Source: a virus
Taxonomy: Duplodnaviria > Caudoviricetes
Length of the DNA stretch: 30,896 bases
Virus record (IMG/VR): IMGVR_UViG_3300030372_003367
Span: 1 to 30,896 of that record
Strand: one strand, 5' to 3'
In this document: one piece after another, positions 15,382-25,378 of the stretch
Layout of the letters: each line of letters opens with the position of its first letter
Position numbering within the stretch: the stretch's first letter is position 1
Program-made: the position numbers and the translations under genes
Notes under the pieces: generated by a model
Seen by the model: only the letters and a program-made list of their open reading frames with translations
Database searches by the model: none
What the model was told of the DNA's origin: nothing

Positions 15382-16773
15382 ATGACAATATCAAGAATGC
15401 AACAACCCAGACAACTATACGGATTAGGAAGCCTAGTAAAATCTATAGGTAAAGGAATTAAGAAACTTGTTAAATCCCCTGTAGGTAAAGCGGCTATTTT
15501 AGGTATAGGAGCTTTTGGTTTACCTGGCGGAGCGTTTGGCATGAAAGGTATGAGATCTTTAAGTGGTATTGGATCAGCTTTATTTGGAACCAAAGGAATT
15601 CCCGGAGTCCCTGGGCAAGTAGGAAAATATGCTACAGACGGACTTTTAAGTAAATTTATGAATATGGGAACAGGAACTAAGATAGGAATTGGTACTGCAT
15701 TAGCTACTTATCTTGGAAGTCAAGGTATGGCGGAAGAACAAATTGAAGAAGTTCAAAGAGATCCAAATAAACTAAGACCTTACTTAAGAGATTTATTTAG
15801 AAAATTAAATCCTAGTTTACCTGATGGACAAATAGAAGAAATGGTTGAAGTAAACGTATCTGAGTACGCGACTGGTGGAAGAGTAGGCTTATATGCTGGC
15901 TCACCAAGAGAAGGTATAAAAATGAAAGAAGAAGTGCAAATTACAGATAACTTTGCTGGTGGTGGCGAAAGAGGCTGGAAAGCTCAAATGCTAGCAGAAG
16001 AAATAGCACAAGAACAATATGGAAAAGAATTATACGAACTTTCACCCGATCTACAAATGAAAGTTTATGATATCGCTTTCGATAGAATTGATGATCAAGC
16101 ACAAGCCCCTTCAGAAGAAAATATGAAAATGGCTGGAATGGGTGGAGCTATGGAACACTTACGATATTATGGAATGAATGATAATGATATAATTGAAGTT
16201 TACCAAGAGTGGAAAGACTCTGGTTATGGTGGAAGCTTTCATCAATATGTTTTGGATACAGTTAATCCACCTGACAATTATGCTAAAGGTGGCAGAGTTA
16301 ATTATGCAAAAGGCACAAAGATGGCATCAGTAGATGATCCTTTTTACAGAGACAGTGAAGGAGATAGAGATGAGCATTCTATGAGACTGTTTGGTAAACC
16401 ATACAAAGAATTAAACGCAGGTGAGTTAGAAGAATTTCGAGAAGAGATGATGAGATTAATGAATAAGTTTATGGCAAAAGGTGGTAGAGTTGGATTAGCT
16501 TATGGAGACACGGCTCAAGCAGCAGGCATCATGGGTAACCTACCTGTGAGAAAAAATAAAGCAGGTGTAACTGAACTAGACCTTAGAGAAACTGGTGGAT
16601 TTATTCCCCCTGTTGGTATAAAAGAAAAAGCAGATGATGTCCCTGCGATGTTATCTAACAATGAATTTGTGTTTACTGCAGATGCAGTAAGAGCAGTTGG
16701 CAACGGAAACGTCAATAAAGGTGCTCAAATATTATACGATAAAATGAAACAATTAGAGAGTAAGGTAGGATAA
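15382..16773 (+). CDS. putative internal virion/ejection protein
   Basis: Basic amphipathic and Gly-rich hydrophobic N-terminus, repeated AxGGRV motifs, C-terminal ADDVPAMLSNNEFVFTADAVR. Confidence 0.6.
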   Translation: MTISRMQQPRQLYGLGSLVKSIGKGIKKLVKSPVGKAAILGIGAFGLPGGAFGMKGMRSLSGIGSALFGTKGIPGVPGQVGKYATDGLLSKFMNMGTGTKIGIGTALATYLGSQGMAEEQIEEVQRDPNKLRPYLRDLFRKLNPSLPDGQIEEMVEVNVSEYATGGRVGLYAGSPREGIKMKEEVQITDNFAGGGERGWKAQMLAEEIAQEQYGKELYELSPDLQMKVYDIAFDRIDDQAQAPSEENMKMAGMGGAMEHLRYYGMNDNDIIEVYQEWKDSGYGGSFHQYVLDTVNPPDNYAKGGRVNYAKGTKMASVDDPFYRDSEGDRDEHSMRLFGKPYKELNAGELEEFREEMMRLMNKFMAKGGRVGLAYGDTAQAAGIMGNLPVRKNKAGVTELDLRETGGFIPPVGIKEKADDVPAMLSNNEFVFTADAVRAVGNGNVNKGAQILYDKMKQLESKVG

Positions 16774-17606
16774 TGGCAGTATCAGAACAACGTATATTAC
16801 CACCAGAGTTTATAGAAGCAGGCGGTAAAACATTTTTATCTGACCTAGCAGCAGCGGCTGGTCAATACAAAGCAGCAGATTTAAGTAAAATATTTGGACC
16901 GCAATTTGTTGCTGGTCTTGATAAATTACAACAAGATGCTCAGACAACAGCATTAGGGGGTTTAGGTGCCTACAAACCTTATCTTGCAACTGCAGCAAGT
17001 TATGCAGCTCCTGGAGGTTATAAACAATTTGAATCTCCATATCAAAAAGATGTTATTAAAGCTACTATGGACGAATTTGATGTCCAAGCAGCAAAAGGTT
17101 TACCAGCATTAAGAGCTCAAGCTATTGGTTCAGGTGCATTTGGTGGTGGAAGAGAAGGTGTTCAATTAGCCGAGTACGGGGCAACAAGCGACAGGAACCG
17201 AGCAGCATTACTAGCACAATTAAATCAACAAGGATTTAATCAAGCTCAACAAGCCGCACAACAAGCTATGATGAATCAATTAAACTTAGCTGGTCAAGGA
17301 CAACAATTCTTAGGCCAAGATGTAGCGGCGCTTTCAACTTTAGGTGGTGTAAACCAATCTCAAGAACAAGCAAAATTAACAGCTCAACAAAATTTATTAC
17401 AACAACAATTAATGCAACCATTAACTGCTTCACAGGCTTATGGAAGTGGTGTAACAAGTTTAATAGCAGGTTATCCTGGACAGACTCAACAAACTATAAC
17501 ACCTAATCCAACTGCTTTAGGTACAGCTTTGGGAGCAGGAACTACACTTGCAGGAATTTACAGAGCATTTAATCAACCAGGTGTATTAGGTGGAACGACA
17601 GCATAA
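16773..17606 (+). CDS. putative DNA transfer/ejection protein
   Basis: Q/A/G-rich helical protein, SPYQKDVI and GAFGGGREG motifs, C-terminal glycine-zipper hydrophobic segment. Confidence 0.65.
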   Translation: MAVSEQRILPPEFIEAGGKTFLSDLAAAAGQYKAADLSKIFGPQFVAGLDKLQQDAQTTALGGLGAYKPYLATAASYAAPGGYKQFESPYQKDVIKATMDEFDVQAAKGLPALRAQAIGSGAFGGGREGVQLAEYGATSDRNRAALLAQLNQQGFNQAQQAAQQAMMNQLNLAGQGQQFLGQDVAALSTLGGVNQSQEQAKLTAQQNLLQQQLMQPLTASQAYGSGVTSLIAGYPGQTQQTITPNPTALGTALGAGTTLAGIYRAFNQPGVLGGTTA

Positions 17607-18694
17607 TGAGAACTTTTAAAAGACCAATGTTTAGAAAAGGCGGAAACGTCGGTACAGGTATTATGACTGGTATCGTAGATAGATCTATGCATGCAGAAAA
17701 TCCTTTAGTTCGTCCGCAAAGAGAGCAATCATCTTTTATAGAAGAAATACAACAAGGAGTAGGACCTTATGGGGGAATGGATCCTGTAACTTCTTATTTA
17801 TTAGCAGCTGGTCCACAGATTGCTAAATCTACTTCTTTTGCTGATTTAATTTCAAACTTAGAAGATCCTAATAAAATGTTAATGCAACAAGCAGCGGACA
17901 AAGCTAAGTTTGATAGAAGTATTAGAATGGAAGGAGTAAAAAGAAAATTAGATTATGATGCTCTAAGAGATCAAGATCAATTAGATTACGGTAAGTTAAT
18001 AGAAGGAAGAACTTATGACGAAGGTCAATTAGAGAAGAAGCAGGCATATGAAGATAAAAAATACAAAGAGTACAGAGACGACGAAAGAATGTACGGTAAA
18101 GAGGTAGCTGACAAAAAACATAGACAAAGAATGGAAGAAGTAAAAGCAAAAATACAAGGTGAAAAAACTATTGCACAGATGAGACTGGATGCGACTAAAG
18201 CAAATGATCCGTTTAGTGAACAAAACCAAGCTATAGAATATTTTAAACTATATGGAACAGAAAATGAAGCTAAGAACAGAGCAAATTTTGAAAAAAATAT
18301 TAAAGTGCCTATGATGAAAAAATTTGGATCTAATTTTGGAGGTTTAGTTGGAGGAACAACAGCTTACAGTGATGGAAGTATTGAAGCTAAGATGAAAAAG
18401 AAAGGGAATATTGGTAAAGCTTTCTATGATGTAAATGATGGTAAGATAAAAAAAATAGACTATAAATTAGATAAAAATGGTAAAAAAGTCTTAGGAATTA
18501 TAATAGTAGATGACATAACTACTTACGACCCAAGCGCTAAAAAAGACAGTGCAACTGCTGTTAAAAAAGGAAAAGGAATAAGCGACGAAGAATATAAAAG
18601 AATAAAAGATGCTTATGGTTTTTACCTTCCAGAGGTTATTGATAAAATAAAAGAAAAAGATAAAGAAATACCTTTTGGTGGCACTGGCGCATAG
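17606..18694 (+). CDS. putative internal virion protein
   Basis: MRTFKRPMFRKGG N-terminus, charged coiled-coil centre, TAATG-coupled to the previous gene. Confidence 0.55.
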   Translation: MRTFKRPMFRKGGNVGTGIMTGIVDRSMHAENPLVRPQREQSSFIEEIQQGVGPYGGMDPVTSYLLAAGPQIAKSTSFADLISNLEDPNKMLMQQAADKAKFDRSIRMEGVKRKLDYDALRDQDQLDYGKLIEGRTYDEGQLEKKQAYEDKKYKEYRDDERMYGKEVADKKHRQRMEEVKAKIQGEKTIAQMRLDATKANDPFSEQNQAIEYFKLYGTENEAKNRANFEKNIKVPMMKKFGSNFGGLVGGTTAYSDGSIEAKMKKKGNIGKAFYDVNDGKIKKIDYKLDKNGKKVLGIIIVDDITTYDPSAKKDSATAVKKGKGISDEEYKRIKDAYGFYLPEVIDKIKEKDKEIPFGGTGA

Positions 18695-18702
18695 GAGGAT
18701 AA

Positions 18703-21700
18703 ATGGCAGAGGAATGGATTCCACTTAACTCCGCAGAGTATGATAATGACACTGCTTGGTATACCGCAGCCGCATCAGGGATAGCCTCTGGTATATTAAA
18801 AGTACCTGAAGGAGTTTTTTCATTAGCAGCAGAACTTATTGATCTTGGAGCTGATACAAACACAGCTGCAAGTGTTGAACAATTTTTTGATAAACTAAAT
18901 CCCTTTGAAGAAATTGCAGAAGAAAGAGCTATTGGTAGATTAACAGAAGCATTAGTTCAAGTAGGAGTTCCAGGGGCTATGGGGTTTAAACTTGCAAACA
19001 AAGCAGCTAGAAATTTAACAGCTAAAGCTTTACGTGCAAAACGTGCTAATAACTATGCTAATTTAAAAAGCAAAAATTTAATGTCCGCAATGGGCAAAGT
19101 AAAAGACTTTAATCGAAAAGCTAAGTATGGAAGATTTGCTGCAGGGATTATGGGAGGCGCCGCTGGAGAAGCATTTGTTGCTGACACAGAAAAAATAGGA
19201 ACCTTTGGTGATATGTTTGATGGCCCAACATCTTTAGATAGAGAAGAAAGATCTGATGATAGAGAAGAAGCAGCTAGAAAATTAATGAACAGAATTAAGT
19301 TTGGTTCTGAGTCTTTACTTATTACTCCATTTGTTTATGGAGCAGGTAAGTCAGCTAAACTTTTAGCTAACAAAGGTAGAGATCTTGCCTATAGTAATTC
19401 TCAATTTGCTCGATGGTTAGATAAATATGTAAGAGCTCCCTTTAGTCCAAGAGGTGGTTTAACACAGGAATTGTTTGAATCAGAAACTTTAAAAGAAGCT
19501 TTAAGAGGAAGAGATATAAATAGAGCAAGAGAAATTGTAGATAACATTACTAGAGAAGTAGATGGTATTTTTCCTGAAACTCAAATTATGTTTGATAAAT
19601 CTGTTCGAACAGAAAAAGATAAATTTTTAAAAGGACTAAACGAAATATTATTTGAAGGAGATATAAGAGCTCCAATAGATTCAACAAAACTTGATGATCT
19701 TTTAGACCTTATGAAAAAAAGTAATGTTAAAGATGAAACAAGACAAGTTATTGTAGGTGGTTTAAATAATGCGCGAGGGGAATTTAATAAACTAATAAAT
19801 ATTCTTGATAACAATGCTACGGGGGATAAGTTAAGTAAGGGAGTTAAAGAACTACAGGGTTTATTTAAAGATAGAATTACAGGTTGGGTTGGAGGAACCT
19901 ATAAGATATTTGAAACTCCTAAAAGAGGATTGTTTAAATTTTTTCAAAGATACACTCCTACAGATGAAGCATACACAGCAGCTGTAAGATTTTTTAGACA
20001 ACAAATAGCTAAAGAAAATGGAGACACTGCATTTGATATGGGTAGCAATAAATATACTCAAGAAGCAAGAGCTCAAGTAGAAAGTATACTTAATACTGTT
20101 GGTAAAACAAAAAAACCTAAAGAATTAGGATTTAATGAATACATTAATAAAACTATGGAAGGAAGACCAGGGGCGAGTTTTATAAAAGAAACTATTGAAA
20201 ATACTAATGCTCCACCAAGGGAAATTAGAGAATTATTAGGAGAGATTCAGGATCCAAGATACTCTATCTTTAATGCTATGACTAACCTATCTTCTGTTGC
20301 ACGAACTGCAGCATACTTAAGTGATGTAGCTGCAAAGAATGATGAAGTACAAGCAGCAGGTGGTAGAGGATTTTTTTGGGGTAGTAAAGAAGCAGGGGAG
20401 AAAGCTTTAGATTCTATGCGAACTGGAATTGAATTAGTTCCTATGAAAGACATTACAAAAGAATTACCTGGAGCTGGTAAAATTGTAGATCCTTTATCTA
20501 CTAAATGGACTACAAAAGAAATAGCAGAAGCTATTAAAAATGCTAATAATCTAGCAGGGGGTCTTCAAGGTTTTGTAAGAGGAGAGGGTAAAGAAGGAGC
20601 TGAACAAGCAGTAAGTTGGTTTTATAGAAACTTATTATTATTTCCTAAAGCAATTTCACAGTTATCTAAAACAGTTTTATCTGCTCCTACTCACTTAAGA
20701 AATTTTATAAGTGCCTTTGGTTTTGCTGGTGCAAATGGAAATTTATTTGAACCTAAATTTTATACTAGTGCATTTAAAGATGGATTAAATATATCAGGTT
20801 TAACTAAGTTAGATCCATCTACACAAGCTCCAGAATTTAAAAAATTATATAGAGAGTTATTAGAATTAGGTGTTGTTAATCAACAAGTTCAAATAGGAGA
20901 TTTAAAAAATCTTTTAAGAGATGTAAGATTTGGAGAGCAAGCTTCTAACATCGATACTGTGTTGAGTCCTATGATGTCTAAATTAAAAAAAATTCCTATG
21001 TGGGCGCAAGGTAAATACGTTGCAGAGGATGACACTTTTAAAATTGCAAGTTACTTTGTTGAAATGCATAAACTTAAAAGAGGTTATGATAAAGCTGGTA
21101 TATTTGTAACAAATGATACTTTAAAAAAAGAAGCAGCGGACATAGTTAGAAATACTGTACCTAATTATTCTTTTGTTGGATCAGCGGTTAGAACAGCCAG
21201 ACTTTTACCTATCGGTAACTTTATGTCTTTCCCATCTGAAATGATTAGAACTACAACTAACATTGCAGAACTTGGTTTAAAACAAATGAGACATTCTAGA
21301 CCTACACGAGGTAGCGGTGTATCACCAATAGTTTATGACATAGAAGCAGGGGCCTTTGTTAAAAATGATAACCCATTTTATGGAGACGGAATAAAAAGAT
21401 TAGTGGGTTTAACTACTTTTGTTACTGGAGCTCCAGTTGCTTTAACAGAAGGTGCTAAAGCTTTGTATGATGTATCGCAAGATGAACTAGATGCTTTAAG
21501 AAGATTCGTTCCTGAGTGGTCTAAAAACTCTACATTAATTCCTGTAAGGGATGAAGAAACTGGAGACTTAAGATATATAGATTTTAGTCACAGTAATGCT
21601 TACGATGTAATTGCTAGACCGATGAGAACTTTATTAAATAATATTCAAGACGGAGCGGCTAATGAAGAACAATTATTAAAAAGTTTTGTAGATGGTGTTA

Positions 21701-22680
21701 ACGAAGCTACGGCGGAAATAGTAAATCCATTTGTTTCTGAATCTATTTGGACAGAGGCAATGGCAGATTTAACTGTAAGAGGTGGAGTAACTAAAGACGG
21801 AAGAAGATTATACACAGATCAAACACCTGCAGGGGATAAAGCAGCTATTAGAATGATGCATGCGATGAATGCATTGGCTCCTTCATACAAACAATTTTTA
21901 AGATTATATCAAGCAGGCACTCAAACTCCTACTAAGACTGGAGATTTATTAGATGTGGGTCCAGAGATTGCTGGCTTCATGGGTTTAAGACCTATTAAAG
22001 TTAATCCAGAAAGAGCAATGGATTTTAAAATTCAAAACTATCAAACTGGAATTAGGGATGCGAGAAGAGAGTTTACTGGTGGAGCGTTTGGATTATTAAA
22101 AGGTGGTAGAGTAACAGTTAATGATATTATAGATAGATTTGCTAAATCAAACGCTGCAAGATTTAATGTACAACAAACTATGTTTAATGATTTACAAGCT
22201 GCTGAAACTTTAGGAGTAGACATAGGCACATTAAGAAATCAATTTGAAGATAGACAATTAACAAGCAAAACTTTTACTGATTTAAACAATGGTAGATTTG
22301 AACCTTATTTTCCATCAGGTGATGTAGCAGACAAGTTTAGAGAAATTGCTAATAATCTAGGGGAAGATAATCCATTTACTGAAGCAGCGCCTATTTTAAG
22401 AGACATGGCATCAGAAATGAAACAGTTAAGTTTAGATGAACCTTTTTCATTAAATCTAGATGATTTTTTAGTTGAAGATATCGTTACACCACCTTTACCT
22501 GAATCAGTGACTTCAGCAATGCCTAATGATAAAACCATAACTCAAGGACAAAATATTCTTAACCAAGGAATGAACGCTCAAGCTAATTTAACTCAAAATG
22601 GTTTGACTGAAATTGAAAACGCTTTATTATCCGAAGAAGAAAAACAAATGCGTTTAAGACAAAGAGGAATAATAAGCTAA
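18703..22680 (+). CDS. large putative internal virion (ejectosome) protein
   Basis: 1325 aa, largely helical, last and largest gene of the internal-protein cluster as in podoviruses; SD AGGAGG; no catalytic motif recognised. Confidence 0.65.
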   Translation: MAEEWIPLNSAEYDNDTAWYTAAASGIASGILKVPEGVFSLAAELIDLGADTNTAASVEQFFDKLNPFEEIAEERAIGRLTEALVQVGVPGAMGFKLANKAARNLTAKALRAKRANNYANLKSKNLMSAMGKVKDFNRKAKYGRFAAGIMGGAAGEAFVADTEKIGTFGDMFDGPTSLDREERSDDREEAARKLMNRIKFGSESLLITPFVYGAGKSAKLLANKGRDLAYSNSQFARWLDKYVRAPFSPRGGLTQELFESETLKEALRGRDINRAREIVDNITREVDGIFPETQIMFDKSVRTEKDKFLKGLNEILFEGDIRAPIDSTKLDDLLDLMKKSNVKDETRQVIVGGLNNARGEFNKLINILDNNATGDKLSKGVKELQGLFKDRITGWVGGTYKIFETPKRGLFKFFQRYTPTDEAYTAAVRFFRQQIAKENGDTAFDMGSNKYTQEARAQVESILNTVGKTKKPKELGFNEYINKTMEGRPGASFIKETIENTNAPPREIRELLGEIQDPRYSIFNAMTNLSSVARTAAYLSDVAAKNDEVQAAGGRGFFWGSKEAGEKALDSMRTGIELVPMKDITKELPGAGKIVDPLSTKWTTKEIAEAIKNANNLAGGLQGFVRGEGKEGAEQAVSWFYRNLLLFPKAISQLSKTVLSAPTHLRNFISAFGFAGANGNLFEPKFYTSAFKDGLNISGLTKLDPSTQAPEFKKLYRELLELGVVNQQVQIGDLKNLLRDVRFGEQASNIDTVLSPMMSKLKKIPMWAQGKYVAEDDTFKIASYFVEMHKLKRGYDKAGIFVTNDTLKKEAADIVRNTVPNYSFVGSAVRTARLLPIGNFMSFPSEMIRTTTNIAELGLKQMRHSRPTRGSGVSPIVYDIEAGAFVKNDNPFYGDGIKRLVGLTTFVTGAPVALTEGAKALYDVSQDELDALRRFVPEWSKNSTLIPVRDEETGDLRYIDFSHSNAYDVIARPMRTLLNNIQDGAANEEQLLKSFVDGVNEATAEIVNPFVSESIWTEAMADLTVRGGVTKDGRRLYTDQTPAGDKAAIRMMHAMNALAPSYKQFLRLYQAGTQTPTKTGDLLDVGPEIAGFMGLRPIKVNPERAMDFKIQNYQTGIRDARREFTGGAFGLLKGGRVTVNDIIDRFAKSNAARFNVQQTMFNDLQAAETLGVDIGTLRNQFEDRQLTSKTFTDLNNGRFEPYFPSGDVADKFREIANNLGEDNPFTEAAPILRDMASEMKQLSLDEPFSLNLDDFLVEDIVTPPLPESVTSAMPNDKTITQGQNILNQGMNAQANLTQNGLTEIENALLSEEEKQMRLRQRGIIS

Positions 22681-22892
22681 TGGAAATAAAACCTAAAAGC
22701 ACTAGAGAACATCTTATATCTCTTTATGGCCACATAACAGGTCTAAAGAAATCACAGTATCATATGCATAAAGGCATTCATGAATTGGGCGGCAAGATAG
22801 ACAAAATCTATTGGGTTTTATTGGGCACGGTGGGGGCTGTGTCCTTAGTTCTTCTAGAAAGAATTCTAGATATAAAAGGATTTATTTTTTAA
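22680..22892 (+). CDS. small membrane protein (possible holin/XhlA-like)
   Basis: 70 aa; coiled coil followed by one hydrophobic segment IYWVLLGTVGAVSLVLL. Confidence 0.5.
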   Translation: MEIKPKSTREHLISLYGHITGLKKSQYHMHKGIHELGGKIDKIYWVLLGTVGAVSLVLLERILDIKGFIF

Positions 22893-24328
22893 ATCCAATT
22901 TTTTAATTCTTCGCCCATAACTTCAGTGGCGATATTCATTTTAGTTCTCAAAGCTTTTTGAACTTTAGTATCTATAGTTTCATCAGCAACTAAATCAATG
23001 TAAGTCATAGGTTTAGTTTGACCTATACGATCAATACGAGCTTCTGATTGTAATCTTTTTTCTAAGTCATAACCGTTAGAATAATAAATCATAGTGCTAG
23101 CAGATGTTAATGTAATTCCATATCCACCTGTCTGAGTTGTACCAACAAAAAATCTACACTTAGGATCTTCTTGAAATTTTTTAATATTATTTTGTCTTTC
23201 TTCTTGTGGAGTCAATCCATAATAATCTACAACAGAATCTTCTCCATGTTGTTTTTTTATTTCAGCGATAATTCTTTGAACATCTTTTTGATAGAACGAC
23301 CAGATAACAGCTTTACCAGACAATTCATATATAATGTCCATCAACTCTGTTAATCTATTACAAGGTAGTTCTTGTATCTTTCCATCATCAGCGGCATGGT
23401 AACCACAAGAGATTTGATGAAGTCTTAACAACTGAACCATAACGGTAGATGTAGAACACACTTTACCTTCTAGTTCTGAAATAGCATACTTTCTCATTTC
23501 ATTATAAAGTTTTCTTTGAATACCAGTTAATTGAATGTTACGAGTAACATATGTTCTAGCAGGTAAGTCTAAGCAATCATCTTTTAAAACTCTTTCACTA
23601 AATAGTTTTATTTTTGCTTCTAGCTCTGGAAGGTTTCTTCTGTTAGGACCAACGGGTACACTAATAGTTCGAGAACCAAGATTCATAGTTTTCATAACAC
23701 AATAATGAGCACGATAAGCCCAGAACGAATCAAAACCCAAGAGCCATGCATCAAGAAACTGAGCCTGACTCCATAAATCTAATGGAGAATTTGTAATTGG
23801 AGAACCTGTTAAAATTCTTCTGTACTTAGTAAGAGGTTTAAGAGCGATAATATTTTTAGTTCGTTTTGCAGTTGGTGTTTTAATAGTGGTTGATTCATCA
23901 ATAGCCATCATAGCTTTATGAGAATTTAAAAATCTTTTAGCAAACTCACAACCGAACGGATAAGAAAAAGCTTCAACGTTCATAATCAAAATATGAAAGT
24001 CTGTTTCAGGGGCAAACAAAGTATTTAGTTTTTTAACTTGTTCACCTGACTTATCAGATGTTTTCCAAAGGACTACTTTCTTTTCTATGTGATCGGGGAG
24101 GTGTTGAGGTATTTCTTGCTCATACCAATTTTTATAAACTCCCTTAGGTGCAATCAAAAGTAATCCATTGATTAAACCTTTATCATAAAGCATGGCACAA
24201 TTATCTATTAATACCTTTGATTTCCCTGTTCCCATTTCCATAAAATAGGCAAAATACTCTTTATCCCAAGAACGTTCTAAAGCTTTTAATTGATGCTCAT
24301 AAGGCTTCGTTTTAAATTTATAATTCAT
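22889..24328 (-). CDS. SNF2-family (SF2) helicase/ATPase
   Basis: PYEHQ Q-motif, MEMGTGKS, IDES, LTGSP, GGYGITLT and QSEARIDRIGQ motifs. Confidence 0.92.
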   Translation of the reverse strand: MNYKFKTKPYEHQLKALERSWDKEYFAYFMEMGTGKSKVLIDNCAMLYDKGLINGLLLIAPKGVYKNWYEQEIPQHLPDHIEKKVVLWKTSDKSGEQVKKLNTLFAPETDFHILIMNVEAFSYPFGCEFAKRFLNSHKAMMAIDESTTIKTPTAKRTKNIIALKPLTKYRRILTGSPITNSPLDLWSQAQFLDAWLLGFDSFWAYRAHYCVMKTMNLGSRTISVPVGPNRRNLPELEAKIKLFSERVLKDDCLDLPARTYVTRNIQLTGIQRKLYNEMRKYAISELEGKVCSTSTVMVQLLRLHQISCGYHAADDGKIQELPCNRLTELMDIIYELSGKAVIWSFYQKDVQRIIAEIKKQHGEDSVVDYYGLTPQEERQNNIKKFQEDPKCRFFVGTTQTGGYGITLTSASTMIYYSNGYDLEKRLQSEARIDRIGQTKPMTYIDLVADETIDTKVQKALRTKMNIATEVMGEELKNWI

Positions 24329-24355
24329 ATCTATTTACTTTTGCTTTCTAATTGT

Positions 24356-24384
24356 TATATATTAACTGAAAGTAAAAAAGTCAA
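24356..24384 (-). promoter_or_regulatory. putative promoter for SNF2 gene in a divergent intergenic region
   Basis: Minus strand TTGACT (24384-24379), 17 nt spacer, TATATA (24361-24356). Confidence 0.45.
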
Positions 24385-24719
24385 TGTCAAAAGTATATTT
24401 AATACAAGCTATTCCAGGAACTACTAAAGGGGAACCTAAGTATAATATAGTCGGTGCACAAAAGTATGGCGATATTGTGACGTTGCTTCCAGAATTTTCT
24501 CAAATGATAATGTCTCCGGGGCCCTTAGTTCTAAAACTTAGAACTCTTCTAAAAAACTTTACTCCCGATGACTATCTTTTATTGTCTGGCGATCCTGCAA
24601 TCATAGGTGTGGTATGCTCAATAGTATCGGATACAACTAATGGTAGTTACAAACTTTTAAAATGGGACCGTCAAGAAAAAACATATTATCCAATAGAAAT
24701 AAATATTTTTCAAAAATAG
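24384..24719 (+). CDS. hypothetical phage protein
   Basis: 111 aa ORF with DDYLLLSGDPAII and LLKWDRQ motifs at the head of the replication module. Confidence 0.7.
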   Translation: MSKVYLIQAIPGTTKGEPKYNIVGAQKYGDIVTLLPEFSQMIMSPGPLVLKLRTLLKNFTPDDYLLLSGDPAIIGVVCSIVSDTTNGSYKLLKWDRQEKTYYPIEINIFQK

Positions 24720-24721
24720 GG

Positions 24722-24751
24722 TTGACACCCTACAATTCTCCTATATATAAG
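24722..24751 (+). promoter_or_regulatory. sigma70-like promoter, -35 inside a palindrome
   Basis: TTGACA (24722-24727) within TAGGGT-TGAC-ACCCTA; TATATAAG at 16-18 nt spacing. Confidence 0.65.
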
Positions 24752-24796
24752 ATAGTGCGATTATAAATTAAACTATTAAAACATTAAGGAGACATT

Positions 24797-25345
24797 ATGA
24801 AAGATATCGATCTAAGACAAGATGCACCTAGTCAGGTGACGCAAGTAAACCCCGAACAATTATCAAACGAAATTAAAACTCTTCAAGAAATACATCAAGA
24901 AATTTCTAATCAAGAAGAGAGATTAAAAGAATTAAAAGAAAGAGAAAAGTATTTTTCTACTATTGTGATTCCAGATTTGATGAGTCAATTAAATCTTAAA
25001 ACAATGACGTTGAATGATGGTTCACAAATAGAAGTTAAAAATATTTTTGGTGCTTCAATCATAGCTGATAAAAAAGCTGAGGCACATAGCTGGCTTCGAG
25101 ATAATGGACTGGGAGCGATTGTGAAAAATGAAATCACAGTTAAGTTCGGTCTAAACGAAGATAACAAGGCGGAGCAATATGCTACCCTTGCAAGAGGACA
25201 AGGTTATGATCCCGATCGAAAGGTTGCGGTTCATGCTTCTACTCTAAGAACAACTTTGGAGGATTTTCATACACGTGGTGGAAAAATTCCTTCAGAGTTG
25301 TTCAGAACGTTTGAAGGAAATCAAACGAAAATTAAAACCAAGTAA
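24797..25345 (+). CDS. hypothetical replication-module protein
   Basis: N-terminal coiled coil, IPDLM, WLRDNGLGAIVKN and VHASTL motifs; SD AAGGAG. Confidence 0.7.
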   Translation: MKDIDLRQDAPSQVTQVNPEQLSNEIKTLQEIHQEISNQEERLKELKEREKYFSTIVIPDLMSQLNLKTMTLNDGSQIEVKNIFGASIIADKKAEAHSWLRDNGLGAIVKNEITVKFGLNEDNKAEQYATLARGQGYDPDRKVAVHASTLRTTLEDFHTRGGKIPSELFRTFEGNQTKIKTK

Positions 25346-25378
25346 ACTACTAAACTAACAAACTAACAAAGGAGTAAT

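Noticed and set aside
15360-22538. Multiple short antisense ORFs in the internal-protein cluster
   Set aside because: Fully overlap long sense genes; their F/L/S-rich composition mirrors K/E-rich sense codons.
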